Source: an uncultured Candidatus Saccharibacteria bacterium
GTDB taxonomy: Bacteria > Patescibacteriota > Minisyncoccia > Phycocordibacterales > Phycocordibacteraceae
DNA: 64,000 nt
Assembly: GCA_964593365.1 (NCBI GenBank)
Contig: CAZQGQ010000002.1
Coordinates: 21,671 to 85,670 of the forward strand
Reading direction: 5' to 3'
Part shown: one piece after another, positions 17,546 to 25,191 of the stretch
How positions within the stretch are numbered: position 1 is the first letter of the stretch
How the letters are laid out: the number at the start of each line of letters is the position of its first letter
Notes under the pieces: generated by a model
What the model saw: only the letters and a program-made list of their open reading frames with translations
Database searches by the model: none
Told to the model about the DNA's origin: nothing
Made by a program: the position numbers and the translations under genes

Positions 17546-18160
17546 CTATTTAGTATCCCGGCTCTTCCAAAGGATTCGGCAGGCGAGCGAGCGGTACGGA
17601 GACCAGCAAGCAGATATCTTCTCAAGCTTTGCCCGTGACGGGTTCTTGATCATATACAGATCTTCAATAGAGCGTACGAGCCCAAGGTCTCCTGCAGAGA
17701 AAATGTCCGGATGCTGAAGCGCGAACATGAGAAACATCTCGCTCGTCCAGGGGCCAATGCCCCATACTGCAGTTAATGTTTCTTCTGCTTCTTCCGGGGA
17801 CTTCTTGCGAAGGGAAGGGAGGTCGAGTCCTTTGGTAACCGCTTTTGCGAGTTCTTTTAAGGTCTTTGCTTTTGCGCTGGAGAGTCCGGCTTTGCGAAGG
17901 CGGGGAAGAGAAGTCTTCAGTACTGACGAAGGAGTGACCTTGCCTCCGCACACACTTTCTACCCGAGCCCAAATAGCGTCCGCTGCCTTCACGGCTAGCT
18001 GCTGGCTTACGACTGATTCAGCAAGCGCCGCGAACAAGCGATCAGACCCGCGTACTTGAGGACGTCGCAGAATAAGTTTCCGGTGACTGTACGCAGCTTG
18101 GTACATGATTGGATCGACGCGCTTGAAGTGGCGAAGAGCGTTAGGGAGATCAGGATGCAT
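17546..18160 (-). CDS. alkA: DNA-3-methyladenine glycosylase II-like (HhH-GPD)
   Basis: 204 aa. Helix-hairpin-helix motif VWGIGPWTSEMFLMFAL followed by a catalytic Asp in SAGDLGL. Confidence 0.7.
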   Translation of the reverse strand: MHPDLPNALRHFKRVDPIMYQAAYSHRKLILRRPQVRGSDRLFAALAESVVSQQLAVKAADAIWARVESVCGGKVTPSSVLKTSLPRLRKAGLSSAKAKTLKELAKAVTKGLDLPSLRKKSPEEAEETLTAVWGIGPWTSEMFLMFALQHPDIFSAGDLGLVRSIEDLYMIKNPSRAKLEKISACWSPYRSLACRILWKSRDTK

Positions 18161-18167
18161 AGTGAAG

Positions 18168-18186
18168 TTGATTATACCCAGGAGCC
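18168..18186 (+). repeat. Degenerate island box copy 7 (TTGATTATACCCAGGAGCC)
   Basis: Retains the CCCAG-GAGCC core. Followed by TATATAAT, then 7 nt, then the ATG at 18224. Confidence 0.3.
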
Positions 18187-18223
18187 TTCCTTTTTACGCA
18201 CGTTAGGCTATATAATCCGTCGT

Positions 18224-18421
18224 ATGGTACGCCTCATTATCTGGATCGTTATTGGGCTTCTGGCCCTCTCATTTTTTGGCATCTCCCTTCGAGCACTCGT
18301 TGATAACCCAACAAACCAGGACAATTGGTCCTTTTTACTAGCCTTGCTCCGAGACGGCTGGGACTATATAACCGCTTGGTTTGAAGATGCATTCCGCCCG
18401 ATCGCTCAGTGGTTCGACTAA
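18224..18421 (+). CDS. Hypothetical small membrane protein (65 aa)
   Basis: Internal ATG of track ORF 18056..18421. The earlier part of that ORF is antisense to alkA. One TM helix (LIIWIVIGLLALSFFGI). Confidence 0.45.
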   Translation: MVRLIIWIVIGLLALSFFGISLRALVDNPTNQDNWSFLLALLRDGWDYITAWFEDAFRPIAQWFD

Positions 18422-18513
18422 ATCTTCATAAAGTCTTCATTGTTCTTGTTGTATTACTTGGGTACCGGGTTCCTTTACTGGAACCCCATTTGTCCATTTA
18501 CTTTTACCCTCGT

Positions 18514-18741
18514 ATGAAGACAGTGGCACTGGCAGCAACGCTTTTCCTCGTAGGACCCGCACTCGCAATGGCCGCCACGTACGCATATGTGAACACAGCA
18601 GGAGAAGTGATGTCTGTGGAAGCTTCAACAGCTACCCAGGCTCTCACTACAGCTCCAAACCTTCACGTTCATAGCGGCGTGATGCTTGTTGACGGCTCAG
18701 ATGATTCTGAAGTCATCGGAGACGACGTTCCTGGAACCTAA
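18514..18741 (+). CDS. Hypothetical small secreted protein (about 75 aa)
   Basis: Internal ATG of track ORF 18409..18741. Signal-peptide-like N-terminus MKTVALAATLFLVGPALAMA. Confidence 0.4.
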   Translation: MKTVALAATLFLVGPALAMAATYAYVNTAGEVMSVEASTATQALTTAPNLHVHSGVMLVDGSDDSEVIGDDVPGT

Positions 18742-18767
18742 AGAAAAGATAAACCGGTTTATTTGTT

Positions 18768-18797
18768 AAACTCCCGGAGTCATGACTTCGGGAGTTT
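18768..18797. terminator. 30-nt near-perfect palindrome AAACTCCCGGAGTCATGACTTCGGGAGTTT
   Basis: 9-10 bp stem AAACTCCCG/CGGGAGTTT with a self-complementary loop AGTCATGACT. Lies 27 nt after the stop of the small secreted protein. Could be a terminator or a protein-binding site. Confidence 0.5.
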
Positions 18798-18872
18798 AGC
18801 GTTTCTCCTTGCTTCATGAATAAGTTCACAAACTCGCTCATAATCGTCTTCGACCCTATACTTTAGAGACAT

Positions 18873-19739
18873 ATGCATACCTCACGTCTACATCTTTCAG
18901 TGTTAGGAATCCTCATGTTTTCTCTCATCTTCTTTCCAAGCAGCACCTTCGCTGCAGTTAAGGGAGAATTTGACCAGGCGTCCCTTATTTCAACGACAAC
19001 CCGCCCAACTTTGAGCGGCGAGATCTCTGGAGCCTCTGTCGTGCGTGTTCTTGTTGAAAACGAGAAGGGAAAGAATGTCTATAAGAGTAAGGACATCAAG
19101 GCAAAGGGCGGGGAGTGGAAAACCAAGGTTTCTAAGCTCCTCACCGTTGGAAAGTACAAAGTCACCCTCTACAGCGTTCAAAGCGGTAAGCAAAGCATTG
19201 TTACCACAGGAACCCTTACGATCTTGTCTAAGAAAGGAACTCCGACGACCTCATCCTCAGGAACAAAGAAGCCTACGACAAGCTCTGCGAGTGGCGGAAC
19301 TCTCTCAGCTTCTCCAGTCCCGCTTTTGTGGGGCGGTAACGCAGCGCACGGAGCCTCGATCCCTGTTGCATACGTGAAGCTTATAAATACTGGCAAGACC
19401 ACAACTTCAATTGATGGGTTCCGCCTTATAGAAAATGGATCCGCTCCTGACGATGTTGTTATCGGGTTCTCAGTAAGCGACGATAAGGGCGGCTCGCGCG
19501 CAACGATAGGAGGTTTCGAAGGATCAAAACAATTCAACAAAGGCTCAGCCTTCGTTCCGCTTCCTGCAACGCTTGCACCCGGACAGCTGCGCATCTTTAC
19601 GATAAAAGCGATTTTGAGTCGCGATAGCGGCATTCACTTTGGCAAACAACTTTTGATAGATGTCGCTGGAGTTGAAGGCAAAGCATCTACCAAAGGCACC
19701 TTCCCGATGCGCGGCACCACTTGGACGCTTACGTACTAA
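18873..19739 (+). CDS. Hypothetical secreted protein with signal peptide and Ser/Thr-rich linker
   Basis: 288 aa. N-terminal hydrophobic signal ending FAA. Central run TPTTSSSGTKKPTTSSASGG. Confidence 0.5.
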   Translation: MHTSRLHLSVLGILMFSLIFFPSSTFAAVKGEFDQASLISTTTRPTLSGEISGASVVRVLVENEKGKNVYKSKDIKAKGGEWKTKVSKLLTVGKYKVTLYSVQSGKQSIVTTGTLTILSKKGTPTTSSSGTKKPTTSSASGGTLSASPVPLLWGGNAAHGASIPVAYVKLINTGKTTTSIDGFRLIENGSAPDDVVIGFSVSDDKGGSRATIGGFEGSKQFNKGSAFVPLPATLAPGQLRIFTIKAILSRDSGIHFGKQLLIDVAGVEGKASTKGTFPMRGTTWTLTY

Positions 19740-20232
19740 CGAAGAACGCTCCAGCATAGCTAGAGCGTAAAAACCGACGCGAGGGTCAAGGTGGGCGATG
19801 TGCGGCGGGAAAGCAATTTACCGGACCCGCACAAACATCAACCCTCGCATCGGCGACGGCACGGGAAGCATTAGGGCCGAGAGGGAGGAACGGGGCGGGG
19901 ATGTTCCTAACTCGAAGCTTGTCTGCAACCCGTGACGCTTCGAGGATATTGGACTAGGGAACCAGCTGTGTCAAGAATGTTTTACTTTCAGTATTAGACA
20001 GGGAAGTCAGGTACAGAAAACGCCCCCGAAAAGTTGGAGGCGCAAATGCGGACATGGGAACCAAGGGAGCATAGTCGTGCTGCACGAATCGCGGTGTGGT
20101 AGCGGACACCATTTGCCTTCACGACTACCTTGGCCCCATGCCGCAGACAGATACTAGGCTTTATGAAGTATCTCGTCAAATGGAGGCTTCACTACAACAC
20201 ATCTCGGTCGACCGAGATTAGGTTCTAGAGCA
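19740..20232. other. 490-nt ORF-free GC-rich region with several perfect stem-loops (candidate structured ncRNA; class not identified)
   Basis: Nested helices GCGAGGGT(19778)/ACCCTCGC(19848) enclosing GTGCGG/CCGCAC. Further hairpins CTCGAAGC/GCTTCGAG (19911-19942) and AGGAAC/GTTCCT. An 18-bp palindrome lies at 20201-20218. On the minus strand the large stem is followed by GTCGGTTTTT. Confidence 0.3.
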
Positions 20233-20496
20233 GTGTATGCTTATAGAATGGACTTTAACGCAATGCCTAAGCTTATATGTGATGCCTGGCACCTGAATAA
20301 CAATCGGGTGTGGTTCTTCTTCGGTTTTACCTCAGGAACTGATAAATCAGCCCTCCTTCTCAGTCCTAAAGGCGCTAAGGGCTTCCTTCTCGAGCTCCAG
20401 AAGCGAATTACTAAGTACGAGAAAGACCATGGGGAGATAGATATGACCGGCCATCAAGCAGGAATTCAGTCTCCAATACAAATAAAGCCGGAGTAA
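20233..20496 (+). CDS. Hypothetical protein (87 aa)
   Basis: ORF directly downstream of the perfect palindrome. No recognisable motif. Confidence 0.35.
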   Translation: MYAYRMDFNAMPKLICDAWHLNNNRVWFFFGFTSGTDKSALLLSPKGAKGFLLELQKRITKYEKDHGEIDMTGHQAGIQSPIQIKPE

Positions 20497-20842
20497 AGGA
20501 TCAGAAGCCGTTTTCCTTGTTCCCTTAGGAGTACTTCGCAAAAGATATATTGTGCGAAGGTCTTATATTTTAGGTCAGATAAGCTTAGGGATCTCCGTTC
20601 AATATGTCTTCCCCACCTAATGAGCAGTCTTTATAACTTAAACTGGTTATGCGAACACTCGCTCTCATTTCTCCACTTTGTAAAAGATGTACTGCTATAA
20701 ATCCCCTCTCAGTAGGGTACTGGGGGAGAGTTGAGAGACGATTTAGGTAAAAAACTGAAAAAGATCTCTGACTCCCCTACCCTAATCTATTTCACTAAAA
20801 TCGACACCTTTAACATTTGAGTGTTCAGTTGAAAGAAATTAA

Positions 20843-21511
20843 CTAAAATAACTTCTTTCTACTTTCTTTCATCACCTTAACCCCTGGTTTCGCATACTCA
20901 ATTGATTCCATCCGAGCCAAATCTGCGTGAGGGACAGCTTCCAACTCCTCAGTTAATTCGCTACAAAGAACGTCAAATCTTGATTCAACGTACATTCTCG
21001 TTTTTGTAATCAGCAACTCAAGGTTTTGTATATTTTCTGAAGTATTCATTTCTGCACTAAAACTCACACCTATAATCTTAGCTATCTTGAAAGGCGCTCC
21101 TGGCTTATTAATCACTGCGCCTGGTAGACATTGCATTAAAGGGTTATCATCGTGAGCTATATTTTTATCCCTTAGATCCTTGAAAAACTCGAAAACTTCC
21201 TGACCCATAAGGTCTCCTTTTAGGACCTCTTCCTTGAATAGCTGCGTAGCTCTTGCATTATTTTTTCCAAAACATTTAAGAAAACTAATCACAGCCAACC
21301 GCCAGAAGACTTTTTGTTCAAGGCTTCTATCTTCTGCATTCTTCAAAGCTACCAAACAGTCTTGAGCTGTTATCAGATCGTGTCTGTGGAGAGTCATATC
21401 TGCCAACTCCTGGGCTTTCTTGCCTCGCAGCGCGACTGCTTTAAGTGCGTCCGGGAAGTCAGTTAGACGCAGACCTGTTCCCTCTTGGTGCTCAATGTTT
21501 AATTGCTGCAT
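20843..21511 (-). CDS. Hypothetical protein with a putative HEPN-like Rx5H motif (third gene of the AT-rich operon)
   Basis: 222 aa. Strong SD (GGAGGGGAAG) 8 nt upstream. Sequence FFKDLRDKNIAHDDNP contains R-x5-H. GC about 38-40%. Confidence 0.45.
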   Translation of the reverse strand: MQQLNIEHQEGTGLRLTDFPDALKAVALRGKKAQELADMTLHRHDLITAQDCLVALKNAEDRSLEQKVFWRLAVISFLKCFGKNNARATQLFKEEVLKGDLMGQEVFEFFKDLRDKNIAHDDNPLMQCLPGAVINKPGAPFKIAKIIGVSFSAEMNTSENIQNLELLITKTRMYVESRFDVLCSELTEELEAVPHADLARMESIEYAKPGVKVMKESRKKLF

Positions 21512-21551
21512 ACCAGCATCCTACTTCCCCTCCCTCTCTAAACAAACATAT

Positions 21552-21887
21552 CTAAGAACCAAGAATATCTTTCAAAACTTGATCAAAACCGTGCAATTTG
21601 CCCTGCAGAACACCAAAAAGGGTGGTCAACTTTTCTTTACCTTCAGGACCGAAAACGTCTTCTCCAAAACGAAGGTAAGTTTGCTCGTCTTCTTTTGAAG
21701 CGTAGAAGTACATATGATAATCTCCGTCTTCATCTTGCATTATTGACCATAAGTATTTATTGCCGGGATAAGTAAAGAAATATTCTTCTGCGTTCTCGAC
21801 AGGTGTTGTAGGTTTTCGCACTGATTGGATTTGATCCTGATCAGATAACATTTTTTTCACAACGTCTTGTATTTGTTTGTCATTCAT
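21552..21887 (-). CDS. Hypothetical protein (second gene of the AT-rich operon)
   Basis: 111 aa from the internal ATG, which lies 1 nt after the upstream stop. The track ORF extends to 21920. Acidic, Tyr-rich, no known motif. Confidence 0.4.
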   Translation of the reverse strand: MNDKQIQDVVKKMLSDQDQIQSVRKPTTPVENAEEYFFTYPGNKYLWSIMQDEDGDYHMYFYASKEDEQTYLRFGEDVFGPEGKEKLTTLFGVLQGKLHGFDQVLKDILGS

Positions 21888-21888
21888 A

Positions 21889-22404
21889 TTATTTTTGTTG
21901 TTTTGAAGTATGATTTTCAATCTCTAAGGTTGTGAGTCGTTCCTTCAACTCCGTGCATAAACTTATTTTATCCGTTTCATTAACTGTTCGTCCAGCATCC
22001 AGTTCATCTATCATTATTTTAATAGGTTTTAACACTTTTGTACCCATGTGTTTTTGTAATATTTCGTTTCCACGAATCTTTCCATGAATACGAGCAAGGG
22101 TTACTCGCACAGCACGTGGGTTAGGAGGGTCTTCGATTGAATGCTCATTTAACTTCTCTATTAAGTGATTTAAATCTGAAAGAGAGGTTCTTAAAGAATA
22201 ACTAAGTAACAGGGAAAAGGCTGCAGAAATCTTCTTTCTCTGTGTTAAGCCGATAACGAACGCAGCAATACCAAGTAGAACCTGAACAATGTCAGCGCTA
22301 AATGATGTCAAGGCAACTATGAATGTTGCAGTGCTGGTGGACACTAATCTAAAATAGCATAAAAAATCGAGCCGCCCGTAATCTCTTGTACCGACTTCGT
22401 ACAA
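21889..22404 (-). CDS. Hypothetical membrane protein, 2 TM plus a cytoplasmic domain (first gene of the AT-rich operon)
   Basis: 171 aa. Hydrophobic helices FIVALTSFSADIVQVLLGIAAFVIGL. Confidence 0.4.
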   Translation of the reverse strand: MYEVGTRDYGRLDFLCYFRLVSTSTATFIVALTSFSADIVQVLLGIAAFVIGLTQRKKISAAFSLLLSYSLRTSLSDLNHLIEKLNEHSIEDPPNPRAVRVTLARIHGKIRGNEILQKHMGTKVLKPIKIMIDELDAGRTVNETDKISLCTELKERLTTLEIENHTSKQQK

Positions 22405-22440
22405 CGCAGATTGTGCACCTCCTGTTATACTCCTGGCTAT

Positions 22441-22917
22441 ATGGCAGAGAACGGCGAACCAGACGGCAAATCTAAGCTTATAAAGGAGTTAGAGGTCGCT
22501 GGCCAACTTGAGTCTATTAAGACGCAACTCACAACCGCGGTTGAGAAGCGTAAACGCGCTCGAGAGTTCCTAGCGATCCGAAAGGACATTCTCACCAGGC
22601 TTGAAGAGAAGTTCGCTGCAAACCCCAATATCACGAAAGGAGAAGTCGTTTTGGACATAGGAGCATGGGCAACGACCGAAGAAGAGATGCATAAAAACAA
22701 TTCCAAGGCTACGGAGATTTTTGAGAAACTTACTGCCTCGTATCCAGAAGAAGATCTTGATGAGGACGTTCCTGAAAACGATACGGATCAAGAAGGTCTC
22801 GATACCCTTTCAAACGAGTTCCAAGACCTAACGCTCCTGGTCTTTCAAGAAACACAAGAAATGGAGCCGCAGGTGCAGCGTCTCCGAGTACTCATAGACA
22901 AGCTACGACAGTCTTAG
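22441..22917 (+). CDS. Hypothetical acidic coiled-coil protein, divergent from the AT-rich operon
   Basis: About 158 aa from MAENGEPD. The track opens at 22411. Strongly acidic C-terminal half (EEDLDEDVPENDTDQEGLD). Confidence 0.4.
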   Translation: MAENGEPDGKSKLIKELEVAGQLESIKTQLTTAVEKRKRAREFLAIRKDILTRLEEKFAANPNITKGEVVLDIGAWATTEEEMHKNNSKATEIFEKLTASYPEEDLDEDVPENDTDQEGLDTLSNEFQDLTLLVFQETQEMEPQVQRLRVLIDKLRQS

Positions 22918-23663
22918 CACTGCGTGTTCGCGACGATGTACTCGTACGCTTCATCTACTGAATCAACGAGCTTGTAGAGATCCATATCCGCCTCATCGAT
23001 CGCGTGATACTGCTCATAGAGCTTCGTCTTGAAGTGGTGCAAGACTGGTGTCCAGTATTCCTTACCGTAGAGCACGATCGGAATCTTCTTTATGTTCCTC
23101 GTCTGCACAAGCGTAAGGATCTCTGTGAACTCGTCCATGGTGCCAAAACCTCCTGGGAAGTAGATGTAGACCTCAGAAGCAAACGTAAGCATCACCTTGC
23201 GCACGAAGAAGTGATCGAACATGAGCTGCTCCGTGACGTAGCGGTTGGTGGACTGGTTGTCTGCGAGGCGGATATTCAAACCAACAGATGCACCTCCCGC
23301 TTCAAATGCCCCGCGATTGGCTGCTTCCATGATGCCTGAAGCGCCTCCGGTAATGATCGAGAACCCGCGCTTGGAAAGGCGCGCTGCAAGATCCGTCGCG
23401 TCTTGGTAGAGCTTGCTGTCAAAGGTTGCACGGGTAGTACCGAAAAAAGATGCTGCAAGCGCGTGCTTTTGCAGGAGTTCGAATCCTTCCACGAATTCGG
23501 ACATGATCTTGAATACGCGCCACGGTTCAAGCTCGCGAGGCTTACACACCAGAGGATTAGGCTCCTCGGGTACCGAGCCCTTCCCTTCCTCGACCATGCG
23601 CGCGACTTTGAGCCCCATCTGCTGATGCTCTGCCGGTGTTTTTGGTTTCAAGTCGTCAGCCAT
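22914..23663 (-). CDS. LOG-family protein (cytokinin riboside 5'-monophosphate phosphoribohydrolase-like; TIGR00730)
   Basis: 249 aa. ITGGASGIMEAANRGA and FPGGFGTMDEFTEIL motifs. Confidence 0.8.
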   Translation of the reverse strand: MADDLKPKTPAEHQQMGLKVARMVEEGKGSVPEEPNPLVCKPRELEPWRVFKIMSEFVEGFELLQKHALAASFFGTTRATFDSKLYQDATDLAARLSKRGFSIITGGASGIMEAANRGAFEAGGASVGLNIRLADNQSTNRYVTEQLMFDHFFVRKVMLTFASEVYIYFPGGFGTMDEFTEILTLVQTRNIKKIPIVLYGKEYWTPVLHHFKTKLYEQYHAIDEADMDLYKLVDSVDEAYEYIVANTQC

Positions 23664-24259
23664 GGTATGTCGTATGAATCAAAGTCTGGTATCAGTTTCT
23701 TATTATACGCCATGCGCGAGATAACCTCGGCGTGGAGAAGCGCTCCCATAAGCGCGTTATGAGGCTTGGGTTCCTCAGGAAGCCCGCAATAGCGGAGAAT
23801 GAACCCGAGATCCATAAGTGAGCGGTGGCTCCCTTCTGGAGGCGTCATGCCCTGCTTGGTCATATGAAGCCAGGCAACGCTGTGTACGTCGATGGTGCGC
23901 TTAGCAAACGGGAAATCGATACCAGCTCGCCTACAGGCAGAAGCGACAAATTCAAAGTCAAAGGAGACATTCTGAGCTGCGAAGGTTCGATTCTCTGGCC
24001 TATCGGTTGCCCAGGCGACAAACGCTTTTACGAGCTCTGCTTCGCTTTGTCGAGCAGGGTCCTGTGCTTCTTCTTTGGTAAACCCGTTAATTGCGAGCGC
24101 TGCCTCTTCGATCTTTGCCCCATCCCATGCACGACATTCTCCATAGAACTGATTCGTCGGGTCGCTAAGATCGAGCGCCCCAAGGGAGAGTATTGAGTGC
24201 TGGTCGGGACGGAGCCCTGTTGTCTCTACATCAAGAACGATCATGTCTTTGGTTCCCAA
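23648..24259 (-). CDS. DEDDh 3'-5' exonuclease (DnaQ/oligoribonuclease-like)
   Basis: 203 aa. Exo I VLDVETTGL, Exo II AQNVSFDFEF and Exo III HNALMGALL. Confidence 0.75.
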   Translation of the reverse strand: MGTKDMIVLDVETTGLRPDQHSILSLGALDLSDPTNQFYGECRAWDGAKIEEAALAINGFTKEEAQDPARQSEAELVKAFVAWATDRPENRTFAAQNVSFDFEFVASACRRAGIDFPFAKRTIDVHSVAWLHMTKQGMTPPEGSHRSLMDLGFILRYCGLPEEPKPHNALMGALLHAEVISRMAYNKKLIPDFDSYDIPWLTT

Positions 24260-24750
24260 AATATCTGCCCCCCATGCGTGCCCATAAGGTTCCCTAGGTA
24301 GTCGGCATAACTGCGGAGGCGCACCTGTCTCTCGTTTTGACGCATCGTAAACGCTTTTGATTGATCTTCAGTCAAAAGACCTTTCTTAACAAGCTCGTGC
24401 TTATTTGCTTGCTGCGCTAACAATTTATTAATGATGGGGACAATCAGTCCTGGTTGGTCGGCAGGATTAAGGTCGCCATGATAATAATTGCGAAGCAGTT
24501 CTTGATAGGTTACGAATATCGCATCTTTTATTTTCTCCTGCGCTGCCTGCTGCTGCGAAGTAATCTCAGTTTGGTCTGTAGAAGGAAGACTGGGAATCGT
24601 CTCATCTACCTGTCTGAATAGCTCAGTCATTTTTTCAAGAACCGCATTCTCGCGCTTCTCAGTCTCTTCAAGTATGGAAAGCATTGCCTGTGACTCGAAG
24701 TCGGGGAGAGGCTTTGGTCCTTCTGGAGGGTCATTAGGAGTGCGAGGCAT
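24241..24750 (-). CDS. Hypothetical protein
   Basis: 169 aa ORF overlapping the exonuclease 3' end by 19 nt. No motif recognised. Confidence 0.35.
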   Translation of the reverse strand: MPRTPNDPPEGPKPLPDFESQAMLSILEETEKRENAVLEKMTELFRQVDETIPSLPSTDQTEITSQQQAAQEKIKDAIFVTYQELLRNYYHGDLNPADQPGLIVPIINKLLAQQANKHELVKKGLLTEDQSKAFTMRQNERQVRLRSYADYLGNLMGTHGGQIFWEPKT

Positions 24751-24769
24751 GCAAGTATTTTACTACGTT

Positions 24770-25171
24770 CTATATACCTTTACAGTTTTTTGCCGGAGCG
24801 TAGCCCTTGGCTTCCGCCTCTTCTTTAGTCGCAAACCATATCTTGTTCTCTTCTTTGATCTGCTTAGCACCGCCACACCAGGGCAAGTGGTAACTTTTAC
24901 CGCTTTTAGAGGCTACGTACTGCCCTCCTGCGGCCATAGGGGGTAATGGCTCTTCCGAAGAAGCCAGCGCACTGGCCGCCGTAGGCATCTGATTTACCTG
25001 AGGGATCTCTTGGAAAGTGACCTCCCCTTTCCGGGTATCCTGGCCATAGAGGGCGCCTAGTCCGAAGCTTCCAGAACAGGCAAGAAGGACGATGAGGGTG
25101 GTCAGGGTCCCCTCTGGAATACGGCCTAGAAGCGCCTTGCCTTTGGCATAGATGTCGGCTATAATCGCCAT
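24770..25171 (-). CDS. Membrane-anchored protein with a C-terminal Ada-like metal-binding motif
   Basis: 133 aa. N-terminal TM. C-terminal YHLPWCGGAKQIKEENKIWFATKEEAEAKGYAPAKNC resembles the Ada N-terminal pattern CxxxC ... FF.T..EA...G.RPC. Confidence 0.4.
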   Translation of the reverse strand: MAIIADIYAKGKALLGRIPEGTLTTLIVLLACSGSFGLGALYGQDTRKGEVTFQEIPQVNQMPTAASALASSEEPLPPMAAGGQYVASKSGKSYHLPWCGGAKQIKEENKIWFATKEEAEAKGYAPAKNCKGI

Positions 25172-25191
25172 ACTAGTTACAGGATAGCATT

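Noticed and set aside
18056-18223. 5' portion of track ORF 18056..18421
   Set aside because: It is antisense to the alkA 5' end. A TATAAT-plus-7-nt leaderless promoter precedes the internal ATG at 18224, so the gene was shortened to 18224..18421.
19740-20232. Tried to read the structured region as tmRNA, RNase P RNA or SRP RNA
   Set aside because: No tRNA-like GGUUCGAnUCC ... CCA 3' end or tag-peptide frame ending in ALAA-stop. No GGAAAGUCCGG / ACAGAAnCCGGCUUA P4 halves. No SRP domain-IV consensus. It is kept only as an unclassified structured-RNA candidate.
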